Shown: positions 61,969-64,000 of the stretch, one piece after another
How positions within the stretch are numbered: the stretch's first letter is position 1
How the letters are laid out: the number at the start of each line of letters is the position of its first letter
Origin: Selaginella moellendorffii
Lineage: Eukaryota > Plantae > Lycopodiophyta
DNA length: 64,000 nucleotides
Assembly: GCF_000143415.4 (NCBI RefSeq)
Contig: NW_003314281.1
Span: 1,341,882-1,405,881, forward strand
Reading direction: 5' to 3'
The notes under the pieces: generated by a model
What the model was told of the DNA's origin: nothing
The model's input: the letters and a program-made list of their open reading frames with translations, nothing else
Databases searched by the model: none
Translations under genes and position numbers: made by a program

Positions 61969-63560
61969 TCAACAATGGCTGTCGTATAGATTGGACACTG
62001 CCACATATAAAGATCCATCACCACCACCCAGCCGCGAGCTCTGGAGCATCGCACTTCCAGCGCCAGCTCCAACCTCGAAGCTCTTATGGGTTTTGCATGC
62101 ATCCAGCAGCGCCATCCACGCCCTCGAATCCGTCTGGAATGGCATGCTCTTGATCAGCTCCTCCGCCTCACCGATCCTGCCCGATCGCCCAAGAGCGCTG
62201 ATCAAACACCTGTAGTGCTCCGCCCCCGGATGAATCCCGTGATCAGATCTCATCGCCACGAAGCACTCCCAGATCTCGTCCAGCAATCCCGAGTGGCTGC
62301 ACGCCCCCAGGATATTAGTGAAGGCCACCTCGTCGAGATGGATCCCCTCCAAGCACAGCGCCTGGAAGATCTCCATCGCTTGCCTGCCATGCCCGTGCTG
62401 GGCATACGCCGCCACCGTCGCAGTCCAGGAGATGGTGTCCTTCATCCGATCAAACACCTCCCGTGAGGTGATCACATCCCCGAACCGCGAGATTGACGAG
62501 CGTCGTGCCCACGACTGCGTCCCTGTCGAGGCTGGACTGGATCGCTCCGTCGCGAACGAGGAGGAAAGATCGCCCAAGCGCGTGCAAGCGGCGAGAACGG
62601 TCGCAAGAGTGGAAGCGTTGGGTTTCACGCTGAGGATCATCTCCCTGTACAGCTCCAGCGCTTTCCTGTCGTGCCCCGCCATCGCTTCTGCAGCGCTCCA
62701 GCAAAGAACATCTCTCCTAGAGATCTTTCGGAATGCCGATCGCGCACAGTTCAATCTCCCACAGCCAGTGTACAAGCTGGCGAGCGCGGTGCCGACGATG
62801 GTATCCGTCTCAATCTGGGGGCCCAGCCGGGAATGGAGCAGCACTGCCTCTTCTATCGGCCCAAGCCCGCCAGCGCGTTAAGAAAGCTCGCGTACGCGAA
62901 AGCATCGGGCTTCACACCACCAGACGCCATCTCCTGGTAGATCTTCAAAGATACTTCCAAATGCCCAGCTTCGGCATTTACTGCGACCATTGCGTTCCAC
63001 AACACAAAATTGCGGTGCGTCATTCGATCGAACAGCTGCTTCGCCCGATCGATTCTACCGCACTTGGCATACATCGTGACCAGAGCAGTTTAAAGGCCCA
63101 CGTCCTGTTTGATCCCTCTTTCCACGATTCGCTCGTGGATTTCCAGCCCCTGCTCCAGGCATTTCAATCTAGCGCGAGCGCGGGTGGATCTACGTGCTGG
63201 AACGGACGAGAGCTCGGTAGAGACAGAGCGCCTCTTGCTCCTTGCAGGCCCCAACGTATGCCGAGATGATGATCGCCCAGGAGAATTCGTTCCGGAGTGG
63301 CATGCTATCGAACGCCGCTCTGGCATCTTCCAGCCTCCCGCAAGCTCTGTACACCTGGACGGGCAAGTTGCCCACCGCTGTGGATAATCCGGGCATGGAC
63401 ACGCCTCCCGTCCTCGAGCAGTCTCGATCGGTCACACTTCCGGAGGATCGTCGCGTACTCCTGTCTGAGCTGAGCATACCTGGACTGTGGTGGTTCCATC
63501 TCGATCCAGCGTGCACGTTTGCTAGATTATCTGCGAACTTGAGAAGATCCATTTCTTGGG
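61969..63560 (-). pseudogene. PLS/E-class PPR pseudogene
   Basis: MYAKCGRIDRAKQLF, EHYRCLISALGRSG, AWMALLDACKTH, YVAVSNLY spread over several frames. Confidence 0.85.
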
Positions 63561-63583
63561 AACTTACAAGATGAGAGTTCCAC

Positions 63584-63955
63584 TCACTCGTACTCTTCTG
63601 GAGGAGCTAGGCAATCCCGCACCAAGTATGGGTTCTCCATTGCCGCTACAACGCGCTCCTTGTCATTAAGTTGCTTGTTAATGATCCATGTCGTACTTCC
63701 ATGTCGTACTTCCACGTCGTACTTGCGGCCCATTGCAAACTCGCCAGCGTGGCAGAACGCCGACAGCACGGTAATCATCGTGACGTCGCTGGGAGCCGCA
63801 CTGCCGGCCTGGATCATCCGGTGGAACACCCACAGTGTGCCGTAGTGGTTGCCATTCTGCGAATATGCCATCACCATGGTTGTCCACAGCACCGCGTCGT
63901 CATTGCACCTCTGCCGCACGCGGCAGAAGAGGCAGTTCTTGGGTAGGGCAAGCAC
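63584..63955 (-). pseudogene. PPR fragment
   Basis: VLWTTMVMAYSQNG..PSDVTMITVLSAFCHAG, then diverges. Confidence 0.65.
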
Positions 63956-64000
63956 GTTCCCGCCCAGAACGGGCGAGTCGGGTGTTAGCCCTGCGAGCTC

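Overview
Eukaryotic plant nuclear DNA with compact genes, ~55-70 nt introns and many PLS/DYW PPR sequences; this fits a lycophyte such as Selaginella moellendorffii (inferred from style, not a search). 1-8.3 kb: nested, decayed Ty3/gypsy LTR retroelements, a minisatellite and a 100-N gap. 8.8-12.3 kb: long AT-rich inverted repeats enclosing a mosaic of gene fragments (XTH, pseudouridine glycosidase, a scrambled copy of the local GatB/CAS junction). 12.7-18.8 kb: kinase, DExH8-like helicase and partial GatB pseudogenes. 19-49 kb: a gene-dense block (GatB, CAS with an intronic tRNA-Thr, MLO, tRNA-Asp, SLC25A44-like carrier, RING-CH E3, AAGAB-like, F-box-like pseudogene, PUB43/44-like, NTPase, NOSIP/CSU1, tRNA-Glu, CRM protein, Tudor-RCC1 protein, DYW-PPR). 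53-64 kb: a tandemly duplicated cassette of an AT-rich bulb-lectin-domain gene plus a PPR pseudogene. The second lectin copy is split by a 6.3-kb composite Helitron (54999-61282), whose ends are defined exactly by the empty site in the paralog. It has duplicated 5' and 3' termini and carries captured GA20-oxidase-like, tRNA-Met and LRR-receptor fragments plus a near-intact Rep-helicase frame.
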